Shown here piece after piece: positions 12,168 through 26,292 of a stretch of DNA of 64,000 nucleotides. The notes under the pieces are model-generated. The model was not told where the DNA came from. It ran no database searches and was given only the letters and a program-made list of their open reading frames with translations. The stretch's first letter is position 1, and every line of letters starts with the position of its first letter. The DNA comes from Myripristis murdjan (Eukaryota), in assembly GCF_902150065.1 (NCBI RefSeq), contig NC_043987.1, positions 1,625,386-1,689,385 on the forward strand. Reading direction: 5' to 3'. Made by a program: the position numbers and the translations under genes.

Positions 12168-12589
12168 GCAACAGAGGACAGAGCAGCAGTATGAATGCAG
12201 ACACGATGGCTGACACACTGCAACAGTCTGCTGCAGTGACAGCTGCCAAAAACATTAAGGAGGGAACTGCTAAGTGACTTGGGCAGGTTGGATCTTTGAC
12301 CAGCAGAGTGGAGTGGAGGGACGAGTGTCTCTCCTGCTTTGATGTCCAACAGAAAGAAGAAGGGAGACATGGCAGTGAAGGCCAAACAGCAGCTCTGACT
12401 GAGCGGTTAATGCAGAAGTGAGGCGGCTCAGAGCTCAGTGAGCAGGGAGAGGCTGTGGCAGCTGCCAGGGACACAGCGGGACACGGCTGATGGGGCGAGG
12501 GGCTGACACTGTGTTAGTGGGACACTGTGGACACCCAACCTGAGCCTGCCGGGACCCGCCGGCCTTTGTGGCCGTTACACTTTTGTGGT

Positions 12590-13240
12590 AATTTTATGCT
12601 AATTTCCTTGTAATTATATTTAAATATACAAAATAACGATTCAAAATATAGTTGTCTTGTAGGTTTTTAACAAGTTTTTTTTTTATGTTATTAAGGTTTT
12701 ATTTCACTCTTTTAACAAAATTGACAATGTTTTTTATTTAGTTATTTTGTTTTATTTTATTTGGTAATTTTATGATAATTTTTTCAAAAGAGAAATTTCA
12801 GCATTTTTGTGGTAATGTTATTAATGTTAATACTCTTGTGTGGTAATTTTATGGTAAGTTTTCTGTAAATTTTTTGAACATTTTCACCATGTTTTTAAAG
12901 ATAATTATTTAATATTTATTTTTTGTTTGTTTGTTTATGCTAATTACTTAATTATTTTTGTCGACTTTTTTTCTGATTTGCAAGAGGTTTTCTTGTAATT
13001 TTTTTATTTTTAATTTTCTTGCAATTCTAGTTTCTTGATTGTTTCTAGATTTTTTGTGATTCAATTTTATGGATGTTTTTTATTTAATTATTGTAGTTTA
13101 ATTTATGTGGTAATTTTATGGTAACTTTACGGCAACAAAAATTTCAATATTTTTGGTAATGTTGTTGTTGTTTCTTTCCTCTTTCTTTCTTTTCTTTTCT
13201 CTGTTTAAAAATTTTTCGGACAGGGTTTCAGACATAAATT
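12590..13240. repeat. AT-rich minisatellite-like tandem/dispersed repeat (GGTAATTTTATGnTAA... units)
   Basis: Repeated units such as tggtaattttatggtaa / gtaattttatgctaatttcc. Related copies lie at 11290-11760 (reverse), 25690-26090 and 35700-36080. Confidence 0.6.
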
Positions 13241-15368
13241 TAGAAATTATGTTTGGGTTCAGTCACGGCGGCTTTACTTTAGTGAAACTCTAGTGTAACA
13301 TAAATAAAAATGATGGAGCTGTTCTGGGCAACTTCCTGTACAGTGCTGGAGTTTGCGTGACGACACTGAAGGCAACATGTAGGCTATTTCAGGTGGTAAA
13401 TGTAACCTGGTGATGGAGAACGAGCAAAATCTCAGGCTGGGGTTGGGTATCCACTCTAGTTCGGACACAAAAAAGAATGTCTGTGGAGTTTGGGTCAGGC
13501 TCGGTCACATGGCTCCTGGGCTTAGGCTGGCTTTGGATACAAATATGCGTCCCAATCCACACCCCAGTTCGTGTAGAGCTGGGAGGAACTAAAATGGGAC
13601 TGTTGTCCTGTGAGACAAAACATTAGAGTAAAGCTATAGGAATACATTCAAGGCTTTATTGAAACTGCTCTCTGCACATGCTAGAACTCCAACTGATTTC
13701 TCGTCACAGATCCCCCAGCAGACACCACTGAGCCCTGCGGACGCCCAGTTGCCTCCAACATTCACGTGTAACTATGTTTTGTTCCTGAAACTTGTAATAA
13801 AACATATTTGAAACCCAGCTGTTTGTTGTGGCATGTCTGAGAGATCCATGTGCTGACCTGCCTGTGACGAAACATAGTGCTATTATTGAGTTAAAAAGGC
13901 AACTCATGCAAAACTAGAGATTTTTGGTGGAGAATGAGGAGCTGAAGTTGGACTTGAAGTTGGAAAGCCAGCTTGAGCCATACTGTACCAACTATCCTGC
14001 TATACTGTGCCAACATTTAGCACAGGAGTTAGCCTAGCCCAAGTTCACATTGTTATGTTAGCTCCCGATTCTTTTGTTGAAAGCCCAAGAACAGACCGGA
14101 GTCAGTCTTCAATTTTCTGATGCAATATTTATTATGGTCACATATAAGCAAAGCAGCGCTGGTCTCAGTGTGACAGAGCTCCCGCAGGATCTCAGTCAGA
14201 ATGAGCCCCGATATCAGGAAATGATGTTCTTGGGCTGGGCCTGCCCCGTACATAGGTTGGACTTAAACGCAACCGAGAATAATTGGCCAGTTACCCGGAC
14301 ATGGACAGGCCAACCACTGTCCATGCCTTGTTTCTGGAATGTGTGATGCTATGTGTGTGAATGTTGACTGGGCGTGTATCTGATGCAACAGACCTAACTA
14401 ACAAGATAGAGAAAGTACATCTGGCTCCTGCTGTGTCTATCCTCTGCTTTGCAGCCAAGCTGCCCTGAACTATGTAATACATTGGATAATGCAAGAAACA
14501 TTGAACTATACGGCCAATTGTAACAGTTATTTGATCAAAAGCTTTTGGGTGACTGTTAGTCACTGTAGGGGAAAAAACTGAATTCAACTGAACGCCTTAT
14601 TGTCATTGTACATTACTATACAACGAGATTAAGAGTGCTACTCCACCATGGTACTCACCTACAATAAATAAATAAATACAACAGTATACAAAAAAGGAGC
14701 CGGGGAGATGGGGCAATATTCTGAGGAAAAAACTTTCAAGGTAAATTTTTGAGAAAAAGACTCACAAATTTAGGAGAAAAAAGATGACAAAAACAAGACA
14801 AAATACAAAAACACAACATATAACACTCATAGATCCAGTGGAGGCAGAGGGCAGAATGGGAACCGCTGGTGATGTAAACAGGAAGTCCCCTGTAGACCAG
14901 ACTGTCCCATTTCAGAGACCGCTTGGTCCAGCCTTCATGGACCACAAAGGCTGGGTCCTGGGAAGGCTGCAGCCCCTGAATTGAGGCACAGCAACAGTAT
15001 GTTGACTGTGAAGACCCGCCCCTATTCTGCCTGTGATTGGCTAACCCAACCCTAACTCTTTACTTAACCAGCCTACCCAATGAAGGCAACCATTTAGAGG
15101 CACATTAGGACAGTATGTTGGCCCAGCAAGTCAATTTAATCTCCTCCCACACCATGTCAGCCCAGCCTGCCATTTCCTCACCTGCCCTGTCTGTTCCCCA
15201 CAATAAAATCAAATCCTTGTGTTTCATTTTAAACAGCTCTCATTGTGTGTCTGCATTTGGGTTCAGCTGCAGCTTTGTGATAGTATTATCGATGACATAG
15301 CAGGCCTATGCCAGGAGCAGTGACTCACTTAATTCCTGGTAGAACTCCCAACCGACCCCCCCATCCAT

Positions 15369-15416
<48 letters not shown>

Positions 15417-16709
15417 AATGCTCATGGCTCCCATGCTACTACTTTATATGTGCACTGAAACACTAAACACTTTGTTAATATTTCACATGAAAAGGGCATA
15501 TTGTACTGCTGATCCTTTGCTTGCAATAAAGTTTTTGGTGAAAAACTACAAGCGCTTAGCTTGACACAGCACATACTGCGCAGTAAACCACGTGACCGCA
15601 TACTGTTTCTTCCGGGATCACAACACTGCAACACGCCCACTCGGTCCTAACCCAGTCCAAACACTGTGAAAACATCCACATCAGAAGTCACAAACTGCCT
15701 GACTGGGGACCGAGCCGTCTGCCTCTCGTAAACTAGTGCCAGCGCCCAAAAGGACAAGGTAGGGGCGCTCCAAAGCAACTCATGTCTCAGCCTAAAAAGT
15801 TGAGAACGGGTTGCCATACTCAATTAAAAATATGAGAGTTTAACCTCGCCCTGCGTATTGTCAAAGCTGCATGCCTGCTATAAAGTGTCTGAACATGAGG
15901 TTTGAATAGATAGGTGGCAGACTTCAGATCGGCATGCACCAAACATAGCAAGCAGCGCTTATTATGATCAAATCTGAACTTTCACCAGTGGTTCTCCTGT
16001 TATTGCGGCAATGCGCAGCCCTTAAAAAACAGCGGAGGGCGCTGGCAAACACTGGGAGGCAATGATAAAAGTTGAGATTTAATTAAAATGAAGAGCTGTT
16101 TGGTGTATAAGACATATGCCGCGTTGAAGTGCGTCTGCTTTGGATTGTTAAAATGTCACAAGTCACTACGTGTCTGCATTGGTATTGAGTCGACAAGCGA
16201 GGCAACATTGAACTGATCAGATTTTTTAATGAGATTCGGCGCCGTTTTATTGAAACAAAGTGTATCGGGGGTTAGCATCGACTGAAACATTTGTTTCTTT
16301 CCCTTAGCGAATCAGCCATTTGAAATATTCCTAAAGCATAGGCTACAGTTTCAGTAAGAAGAACTCAAGTGGAAAATTATAATTTTCACAATGTCATAGT
16401 CAATTAAAAAAAAAAGTGGTCAGTGAAATCAAATTGAGAGAATACACATCTGAGGGTGCTAGGCACAAAATGGAGTATATCTTGACTGGAGCTACTGTGA
16501 AAGGGCTGGACTCCCAGCTGGAGCAGATCACTGTGGGAGACTGATGCTGGGCCTGCTACAAGGAAGTGGGCAAAGTGCGTCAGCCCTTTGCCCTGACAGC
16601 AGTCTTTATGATCTGCAATAGGCAGTAGAGGCCCAACACTTCCACATTTGCATGCAGGTGATGTTTCCCTGTGGCTCATGTAGGCTTCCCCTCTCGCTCT
16701 GTGTTGTCG

Positions 16710-17079
<370 letters not shown>

Positions 17080-17399
17080 TATCCAGAATAGTAGAACCAT
17101 GAAAAGCTGAGCATTATAGGCAGCAGGAGAGGAAACGTTATGGCAGAGCAGTTGGACTGGATTGGATTAGATTGTCTAGGTGTTCCTGATAAAGTGGCAC
17201 AACCCTCCCAGTAGACCAGTTGTAGCAGGTAACAGCTGCTTGTCTGAGCCTTAAAGTCAATTTGTATGTCTGTTGGTATGAAACCTGGTTTCAGTAATTG
17301 AATCCAGAATTTCAGCAGTTTCGTTAGTGCATAGCTGGGCTTGCACTCCACATGGGACCACACTTTAAGGGACAGCCATTATTTCACTTCCCCTCTCTA

Positions 17400-17600
17400 C
17401 TGTTCTGTTCTGTGCTTTGTTCCTCTCGAGTGCTGGATACTGGCTGTACACTGTTCAGTGGCAGGAGGCTAACAGTTAGCATGTGGAGCATCCAGCCAGT
17501 ATCCAGCACTCAGTTACAATGAGAGCAAGATAGCACCACTACTGTCCTACACAACAGCTGGAGGGAAGTGAGATATCACATTTCTCAAGATGGTTGAACT
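17400..17600 (-). mobile_element. SINE-like interspersed element (about 190 bp), full-length copy, reverse orientation
   Basis: Consensus, forward orientation: ttaaagggatagttcacccattttgaaaa..gtgatattatttcacttccccccagctgtt.taggacagtagtggtgctatcttcctctcattgttactgagtgctggatactggctggatgctcca(c/a)atgctaactgttagcctcctgccactgaggtggacttccccccagctaac. At least 15 full or partial copies occur in the window. Confidence 0.7.
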
Positions 17601-18473
17601 GTCCCTGTAATAACCTAGGTGGAATCTGATCCAAATATCTCATTCGAATCACTTCAGTTATTCAATTATTCTGTCATTTTCATATCACATTTTCCATAAT
17701 GGGTGTACTATTTGTTTAATGTATAGTGTGTGACTTAACACATTTATTTTTTCAATTCATGTGATCAGTTAAATGGAAAAAAAGTTCAAAGAAACATTGT
17801 TTCTTCATGCTTGTTTTCAGTCGATTGCTTTGTTTAGCAATCTGTGAATATGTCATCAGTTTGTTTCAGCTGACAGATTGTCACAAAGTTCTCCTAAAAG
17901 CCTGTGACTGCGATGAGTCACTGTTTAAAGACAGTGACTGTCCCACAGTAGCTGCTGTTGAAACAGGCACAGTGGAGTGTATTCTGTGGAATGTGAGTGA
18001 TTGACTTAAACTGACAGACTGAGTGAATTCATCATTTTGTGCTGTGTGTGTGAACCTCAGATTAGTTTGTGCAGTAGGTGTGTTTACATACCTGAAGGGT
18101 GTGTCTGACGTTTGACCAAGAGAGGGAACAATCACAACCAAATTTGAGTGACATACTCCAACAGGGATGGGCAGTCACGTGCCACGGAGGGCTGGGAGTC
18201 AAGCTGAGCCCAGGTCAGCCCCCGGCACGCCGTTTCATTGGCTGGTTGTTCCTCTCTGGCTGAATGTGTGTTAATCAATGAAAACTGACTTGAATGGAAA
18301 TCTGCAGACTCTTGACCCTCCGTGGCACATGATTACTCATTCTTATCCGACAAAATGTTTTTCCTCAAATGTTCAGATATTCTTGCACTGATTGCTTGAA
18401 TGGGGGTTATGTTTTTGCCTCATTCTGTCTGTTTGTTTGTAAGCAGGATATCTGCTTAAAAATGTATGTATGG

Positions 18474-19423
18474 TAGTGCTGGGCGGTATACCGGTTCATA
18501 CCGAATACCGGTGTTATTTTTTTTTATGATATGAATTTTTCAGATACCCCAATACCAGTGTGTGTGTGTGGCGCACGTAACATTTGGAACAGCACGCGGA
18601 ACGTAGGGCCGCGGGACATCGACATCGTTGGAGGGGGGACCGTTTTTGCAGTTGCACTCACTAAGCAGTGGGGACTCAGAAAATGAAGTTGAAGAACTTT
18701 TACCAAAAAAAAGAGGAGCTGTGTCGGCTGTTTGTCTTCGGCTTCAAAAAATCCGTCTGGCAAAGGCAAAGAAACTCTCCAGCTACAGCAGCGCACTGAC
18801 ATAGATTGTGTAACAGCAGTGAAGAGTTGCCACTCCGCTCTATTTTCACTGGCTAACAGCAGCACACTGGCTTAGCTTGTCTATTCATAGAAGAGGTATC
18901 ACTTCAGCTTATTTTTTCAATCTATGTTACAGGAATACTACTGCTCATTCATTGGTGGCTGAATTGTTAGGTCTATTTGATAAGTAATTCACATTTTTAA
19001 AATAATAATAATATTTTAACATATTGTTAAATCAGTCAAATTAGTCTGCATATTAATGCAAGTGGCCTTAAATTTGCATAATAAAAAGGTTGTGTATTTT
19101 GACTGCAACGGTCATGCATTCTGATTCCTTCACTTCATTAGAATCATGAGTGCCACCTCTTTGCATCATTTTGTGTTGCCATGTAAACCTGTATTAATAC
19201 TAGGGTGGACACCTTGGACATTAATGTCCAGTATTCATTCCTCATGACAGTAAAATGGGTCATTCTAAGTTAATTTACTGCAGTAATTCTTCTTTAAATA
19301 ATTAGAAAATGTGGTTAACACCCAGTCGTGCATGAAAAATGAAAATACCGTGATATACCGTGAAACCGTTATAATTTTGAAAAATACCGTGATATACATT
19401 TTTGGTCATACCGCCCAGCACTA
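18474..19423. mobile_element. hAT-superfamily nonautonomous element (950 bp) with a perfect 8-bp target-site duplication, ATGTATGG
   Basis: Perfect 13-bp TIRs TAGTGCTGGGCGG (18474) and CCGCCCAGCACTA (ends 19423), in the hAT YARNG terminal pattern. Flanking ATGTATGG at 18466-18473 and 19424-19431. Subterminal ATACCG(T/G) repeats at both ends. No transposase ORF. Confidence 0.8.
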
Positions 19424-19499
19424 ATGTATGGTTTTGCACAAAACTTTGTGGAAAGGTTAAACATGGGCTAAGAAATTGCAAATGATCTTTTCATGCTGA

Positions 19500-19860
19500 T
19501 TGGTCAAAAGGGGGCGTGGCAGTGGGCATTAGAGCGTGGATCGGGCCACATATTTTTGTCCACACCTGACCCAAAGCCAACAGGCATTCTGAACCCGACC
19601 CGAACCTGAGACTTTGCTTGTCCTCCATCACAAGGTTACATTTACCATCGGAAATAACCTTCAGCGTCGTCACGTAAACTTCAACGCTATACAGGACGTT
19701 GCCCAAAACAGACAGTAGCTCTATCATTTTTCACTAAAATATTGGTGAACGAACCCAACCCGAACATAATTTCTAAATATTTGTCGGAATCTGGCCCAGC
19801 CCGTCGGGTCCCAGTAGGCCCTGGTCGGGTATCCACACTCTAGTGGACATCGCTTATCAC
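19500..19860. repeat. Interspersed repeat family (GACCCGAACC / CGGGTC-rich, probably a nonautonomous DNA transposon) with 3 copies
   Basis: Shared blocks gaacccgacccgaacctgagactttgcttgtcctccatc ... ggtatccacactctagtgg at 19590-19850, 53165-53480 and partially 13410-13600. Confidence 0.5.
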
Positions 19861-21117
19861 AAGAAGGCACACAACTTTCCAATGGATTCATGTCACATGG
19901 CAAAATTTGGATGAATTTGTATGACTTCCAAATGGATTCATATAACACCGCGAGATTATGTTGAAAACTTGGTTATGAGACATAGAAGAGCAGCTTAACT
20001 TTTCACACTGATTTATCAGACAGCAGCGGGTGTGGCCAGTCACAAGGTGAAGAACTCCAGCAACAGACATACTCCCTAATTCAACCACATACAAATAGCT
20101 GTTTAATGTTTGAATTTATGAAGCAAAAAACAGTATCTTCAATTAAAAGCATAAAAAATAAGCACTGACAAATGTGTCATTTGGTCAGCAACATGAAGTG
20201 GAAAGGGCGGATCCTGGACTGAGTACAATGGGCATGTAAGCTGAAATCAGTGGTTACAGGCGTGTCCTTCCACCAGATAACATTTATAGGCCTGCTTGAA
20301 TTGTAAAATAGAGGTTATTGGTCTAATTTTACATGTGACCTCATTTTCATATGAAAACATGCTCTCCAGTCTGATCATAGTAAGCCAGTATTGGAATAAG
20401 TGCACGTGAAACTGATGTAGTGATGCGTTCCTGTCTTGTGTCGTGTCTTGGAAGTAAGCAGTAAGTGCTGATGGAGAATTACTATTTTGGATCTGAAAGT
20501 AGAACTGGATTGTTGGTATAGTCCTGAAAACTCAGGGCGTTAGAATGTGAGAGTGCAGCGGTGAGTCGGGGGGGGGGGGGGATGCCATGGATCTTATAAG
20601 CTCTATTGTGTAATCTTGCCATTGGTTCAGTTGGTTCCTTTGTGGTGAGGGTTCAAATTGTCAGACAGCAGGATATTGTTGAAAGAATGATTATATGTAC
20701 ATAAGATTCATTTCCATAGCTACACGGACAACACACAGCTGTATATGGTGTTACTCTATATGTGTTAATTTTCAATCCCACATAAAGAAGGTGACCAGAG
20801 CAGCTTTCTTTCATTTAAGGAATGTTACTAAGGCATGGTCTTGGTAACAAGATGCCAAAAAACTAGGTCGTGTATTTATTTCAAGCAGACTGGGAAACTG
20901 TAACGCTCTTTTGACTGGTCTGCCAAAACAATCCACTGATGAACTTTGATTAATTCACAACTCTGCTGCCAGACTTTGAACTGGAACAGGACAGAGAGAG
21001 CAGATGAGCTGCACCGGCTCCCTTCTTTGGGCTTGATTTAAACAACTTCTTTTACTTGTTTACAGGCTGTTAATGGTTTGCACCAAATGATGGAATTCCT
21101 TACTTCCTTATTCTTTT

Positions 21118-22393
21118 CACTGATTCTTGGGAATTTGGATAAATCATGTCCCACTAAGAAAAATGCTATTTCTGTTTTAATGAATAAAAAGAATCAAGGG
21201 CATAATCAGGGGGTCCTTTTCAAATTTGTAAGGTTCTTTTATAGGTTTATTTTTAATTTTTATTAATTTAACGATTATATGTTGGCCCATGGCCTATAAA
21301 ACCAGCTGTCTTCGGATAGGAGATAATAATTTCAACTTGATTAAAACAACAAAAAGTAATAATTTAATTGAATAATATATTTACCACATGAAAGAGTACA
21401 TCATAATATGTATTAAAAACTACAAACGATGAGTTTTGAACAATATTTACTATTTTGTGGTTGCTCAAAATGTGTCCCACATATTCGTCACCACCGTCAG
21501 ATATATATTTAAAAAATAATAATAAAAAAACTACAAGGTCAGTTTCATTCCTGAGGAGCCCTTTTCAAACCTTCAGCTCTACTGCATGCTTCAAGACCGC
21601 TCAGGCTCCTGGAAGTTTGCTGTTTTCTCTTAAATTTCTTCATATTTTTGGACACTGCTACTGTCACAACCATAACATGTCAACACTGTCACTTTGTATA
21701 AAAAATATTAAATTAGATTATGGAATAAATGTATACTTTTTAAGAAGAGGTCTGATGCAGGTAGCAACAGGAGGGAAACAAGCTGGCTAATGTGAACAAC
21801 TCGTATATCATGTGAAAGAGCAGGTTTTTGTCTCCACCGTCAGACGTCACCACCGTCAGGTTTTCTGTGTGACGGTGATGACTGAAGTCTGAAAAATGCT
21901 TATAACAGAGCTCAGGATTGTTATTTTTTGTACCAAATAGTTAAATAAAGTTGTTAAGCAAGAAGCCATTGACTTGAGTGGTATAACTTTTGGAAATGTA
22001 TGTTTTAATGAGGCAACTGTCACCACCGTCAGATTAGTGTCACCACCGTCAGAGGCACTTATATTGGTTTTAAATGAATATGCTTACAATATGTTTCTTT
22101 GGTGCTGTTGAGTTATTAAAGTAATAGTCTCTTTAATACAAAAATATGTTTTTCAAAAAAAAAAAAAAAAAAACATTACGGTGACGGTGTTGACAAAAAC
22201 AAAGTAGCCTAATAACTGGAAAAATTCTATCCTATTGTATAAAAAAAAATGCAAAATGAGGAGGTTGCACCGGTACATTGCTGAACAGCCAAGACCTTGG
22301 TCTATAATGATATACCTTCAGATTTTATAATTTAACACACTTTTTTTTTTTCAAAATTAAAACCTGTTTTATCCAAATTCCCAAGAATCAGTG
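21118..22393 (+). mobile_element. TIR DNA transposon copy A (1276 bp, nonautonomous): 26-bp TIR CACTGATTCTTGGGAATTTGGATAAA, 4-bp duplication TTTT
   Basis: Perfect terminal inverted repeats cactgattcttgggaatttggataaa and tttatccaaattcccaagaatcagtg. The copy is more than 90% identical over its full length to 32250-33507. Internal CACCACCGTCAG motif occurs at least 7 times in both orientations. Confidence 0.8.
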
Positions 22394-22688
22394 TTTTATT
22401 CTCTTCTTTTACATATTTTATATTTTTTTATGTCCTCCTTTGTTTTACATTTTTGTCTTCCTTTGTTTGTACATATTTTACCGTTTCTGTATCTCAGTGT
22501 CTTTTAGCTCCATCTTTTATATATCTTACTGACATTTGTTTTTGCTGCTGCTGTCGTCTGTTTTTCAGTTGATTGCTTGGTTTTATGGTGCAGGATTTGC
22601 ACTTGTTTGAAATTGCCTGTTTTAGTCAGTTGTTTTTTCACTTTATTGCAAAGCACTTTGAGGTACACCCCCTGTATAAAAGGTGATA

Positions 22689-22727
<39 letters not shown>

Positions 22728-23084
22728 TAGATATGTTTCTGAGACAGTATGGATGAGATATGGTCTCATTATTTAGCTGTTAATGAGCTGGACAACAAAG
22801 GCAGCACAATACAAGAAGGAGGATAACAGCAGAAGAAAGCTTACAGCAAATGGGGTTGAAATAGTCATAGCCACATTAGGTCAAAGGCATGGATGAAAAG
22901 TTTGGGAGGAGAGAATAGATCAGAGTGTTGTCAGGGCACGCAATATTGGCAATATTAATTTTTTTACTGTGATTGTAATTATCTGCTAAATTCAGCATCA
23001 CTTTTGTGTTATTAGCTTTTTTTGTATATATATTATATATATTTGTATATAGACGTCTGTCCTCTCTGTCTGCTAGGCTTCTAG

Positions 23085-23251
23085 ATGACATCCAAGAAGG
23101 CAGGAGACCGAGGGCTGGAGATGGAGGGGCTGATTGGCGCGTCAATCATCCGCATCCCGCCCCACCACTACATCCATGTGCTGGACCAGAACACCAACAT
23201 CGCTCGTGTGGAGATTGGACCTCTCACTTACATCCGCCAGGACAATGAGAG
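23085..23251 (+). CDS. mvp: Major vault protein, first coding exon (a second in-frame ATG at 23121 is an alternative start)
   Basis: ORF 23085-23330 gives ...[37 protein letters not shown], the conserved MVP N-terminus (human [36 protein letters not shown]). Donor AG|gtcagt. A possible acceptor ctgtctgctag at 23078 suggests an upstream non-coding exon. Confidence 0.9.
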
Positions 23252-23719
23252 GTCAGTCGATACAGATGCCTCCTTCAAACAGGAAAGAGGACATTTTGAA
23301 GGGGATCCATTTCAGAAACGTTCACAATAAATTACCGCTTCAAAGTCTCGAGATATTCCTTTGACAGCTGAAGCAGAAATGTGTCCTCACGTCTTCAGGG
23401 CGTTTCCCAACTGAATCAGGAGACCGGTTGTTACATTGTTAAATTATGGATTGGTTTGATTTTTTTTCCACACACATAATTAATCGAACAAAGCAATGTG
23501 GGATCAGCTGTTTCCTTCTGCAGTCAGAAATTTGGAGCAAGGAAGGATGTCTTTCCATGTTCATGTTTTTCCTGTAGTTGAGATCAGATTCTGTCTAAGA
23601 AGTTTGACTCCAGATATTTGCTCCATAACTCAGTGACAAGGTGTGAAAGCCACTTCAGAATAAGAGCGGTCTTTATGGGCTGTACAGGCAGACATTCATT
23701 GGAAAGTTCATGAAGCTCC

Positions 23720-23810
23720 TGTTACTGAGTGCTGGATACTGGCTGGATGCTCCAAATGCTAACTGTTAGCCTCCTGCCACTGAGGTGGACTTCCCCCCAG
23801 CTAACATTCT
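23720..23810 (+). mobile_element. SINE-like element 3' half (MVP intron 1)
   Basis: Sequence ctgttactgagtgctggatactggctggatgctccaaatgctaactgttagcctcctgccactgaggtggacttccccccagctaac. Confidence 0.65.
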
Positions 23811-24152
23811 GAAACATAAATTGTTCAAATTGTTATATAAACAAAGTGTGAGTTTGATGATGTGTAGCAGAATTGAAAATTATCCCCCCCCCAAAAAAAA
23901 TCAGTGGTAGATGACCTATGACAGGCAGGTTTATTTAATTAGATTCTTTTTGATTTAACAAAACACTCTACAAACCCTCTGAACAGAATTCCGCTAATTT
24001 CTTTGCTTTTGTCTTTTTTGTGAATTTGTTGGTAATTTTCTGTTTTCTTGTAGTGCATTTACTAATTTGGGGCTTTGTAAAAATGTGCTCAGCCTATCCG
24101 AGTGCAGATTATGTGACCTGATCCTGCTTCAACCCTCCTTTTCTTTTGTCAG

Positions 24153-24348
24153 AGTGCTGTTTCCTCCGGTTCGTATGACCATGGTGCCGCCGCGTCACTA
24201 CTGTGTGATCGCCAACCCTGTAGCCCGGGACGATAACGGCCAGGTCCTCTTCGACCAATCTGGTCAGGCCAAACTGCGCCATGCCGACCTGGAGATCCGC
24301 CTGGCCCAGGACCCGTTCCCCCTCTACCCAGGAGAGGAGATCAAGCAG
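24153..24348 (+). CDS. mvp: MVP coding exon 2
   Basis: Acceptor ttcttttgtcag|A, phase-2 join giving Arg, and donor CAG|gtttgt. Translation [65 protein letters not shown]. Confidence 0.93.
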
Positions 24349-25332
24349 GTTTGTGGCTTTGCTATGGCACCAACACTCAAACCATCTGAGTGGCTCCATA
24401 TGTATTTCAAAGTTCAAACTGAAGAGAGAGGTAGAAATGAGTTTAAAATGTGTAGAGCTGTAAGTTGTAAAACTATCATTTAAAAAACAACAACAAATAT
24501 CTATCTGTCTATCTAAAAAGATACAGTGTCATCGTCCCTGCCCCTTAGCTTGGGCTTGACCTGTTCAGTTCCTTCAAAATGAGGTTTGATATTAAATGAG
24601 GTTAATTTTATCTTCTTTTATCGTCTTTTAATGTATAGTAATCAGGATGTTGCACCAGCATAAGTCTAGCCAGATGGACACTATCATATAAATGACGCTT
24701 TTGATTTTGCATGAGATGACACTTCTGATCAGGATTTCTTTGCCATTAATGGGGTAAGAAAAGATTTCACATTTTTGGTGCACAGTGGTCCCTCGTTAAT
24801 CGCAGGAGTTACGTTCTAAAAATAACCCGCAATAGGCGAAATCCGCGAAATAGTCAGCTTTATTTTTTACAATTATTCTAGATGTTTTAAGGCTGTAAAA
24901 CCCCTCACTACACACTTTAGGCAAGCTGAACACATTCTGTACTGTACAGGAGACACGGCACGGAGGAGATTGATTGACAATGGTCTACAGTCCCTTAGCC
25001 AATCAGGATGCAGAACACAATGCGCTGTAAAAAAAAAAAAAAAAAAATGCATGCAAAATTGAACAAAAAAAATCCGTGAAACTGCGAGTCCGCAAAAGGT
25101 GAACCGCGTTATAGCGAGGGACAACTGTATTGACAGAAAAATTATGAAAAAACTAGCAAACAGTCGTTAAAAAAAATCCCGATGACCAGAAACTTGTCAC
25201 CAGTACATAAACATCAAGACAGAAAAAGTGGATGGTGATCGTGTCCAGGCAGCAGCAGCCTGTGTGCCCTCCTGCCCTCTTTGCTGCTCCTCCTTTGATT
25301 CATGTATCACATTTCTTGTGTGCCTCTGTCAG

Positions 25333-25456
25333 GATGTGACGCCTCTGCAGATCGTGTACCCAGACACCGCTCTGCGTCTGCAGGCCCTGCTGGACTTCGA
25401 GGAGGAGGGGGGCGTGAAGAGGGTGGCAGGAGATGAGTGGCTCTTCGAAGGGCCGG
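25333..25456 (+). CDS. mvp: MVP coding exon 3
   Basis: Acceptor tgcctctgtcag|GAT and donor G|gtaaaa. Translation [42 protein letters not shown]. Confidence 0.93.
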
Positions 25457-26292
25457 GTAAAACGTCGCCAAAGCGCCTCATTGCCTAACTCTGTGAAAAT
25501 GAATTTGTTTGTATATATTCAGTGATTTTCCCCAAGATTTTGATCCTGTCAAGGTGAAAAAAAAAGCCTCTGAAACGCTTTCAGACCACCACAGGACAGT
25601 AAACCTCTGATAATAAAATAAAACTCTCTCACTGAAGGCCAGACTGGTGTAAAGTTTAAAATATCCTTCACCTATTTAACCTTTTTTTTCTTACCCTCTG
25701 AACAAAATTTGTTTTATTTCTATTTATTTCTATATTTTATATACATTTTAATATCTGTTTTGTTGTAATTTTGTAAAAATTCTCTTGTAACTTATAACAA
25801 TCATGATCATGATAATGATCTTCTTCTTCTTCATCTTCTTCTTCTTCTTCTTCTTCTTCTTCCAAATTTGTTTGGGTAATTTTCGTGTTATTTAGTCTTA
25901 AATATACAATTATAATAATCATAAACACAGTTTTCTTGTAAAAACTATTTTGCTAATTTTCTGACAAGTTTATTCTAGTTTTTAATAATTGTTTTCCAAT
26001 ATTCTGGTTATTTTCTGATAATTTGTTACTAGTTTTGGTACTTTCCTGGTAATTTGCTGGTAATTGTCTTGTAACTAAATTTTAAATACACAGAGAGAGA
26101 AATCAAGTAAATTTGCTTAGGTTTCAAAGTGGTTTGGAAAATAACATTACCTCAGATTCACTGTTTAGCGGTTTAAAATCTTAGTCAGCAACTTCATGAT
26201 TATCAGTGAGTTTTACTTTAATCACAGTCTTGATCTTGTTAGAATTATCGAGTTTTGCAATGAACCATGCCATGCGACCTTTGGCCCCACAG

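Noticed and set aside
19491-20094. Three 68-78 aa minus-strand ORFs
   Set aside because: They lie within or adjacent to the GACCCGAACC-type repeat, which has copies at 13410-13600 and 53165-53480. They have no homology or coding periodicity and are not called.
21455-21790. 111-aa ORF, with a near-identical 85-aa ORF at 32577-32834 (MWLLKMCPTYSSPPSDIYLKNNNKK...)
   Set aside because: Both are internal to the two copies of the 1.27-kb nonautonomous transposon. They are short and low-complexity, truncated differently in each copy, and lack transposase motifs such as DDE or zinc fingers.
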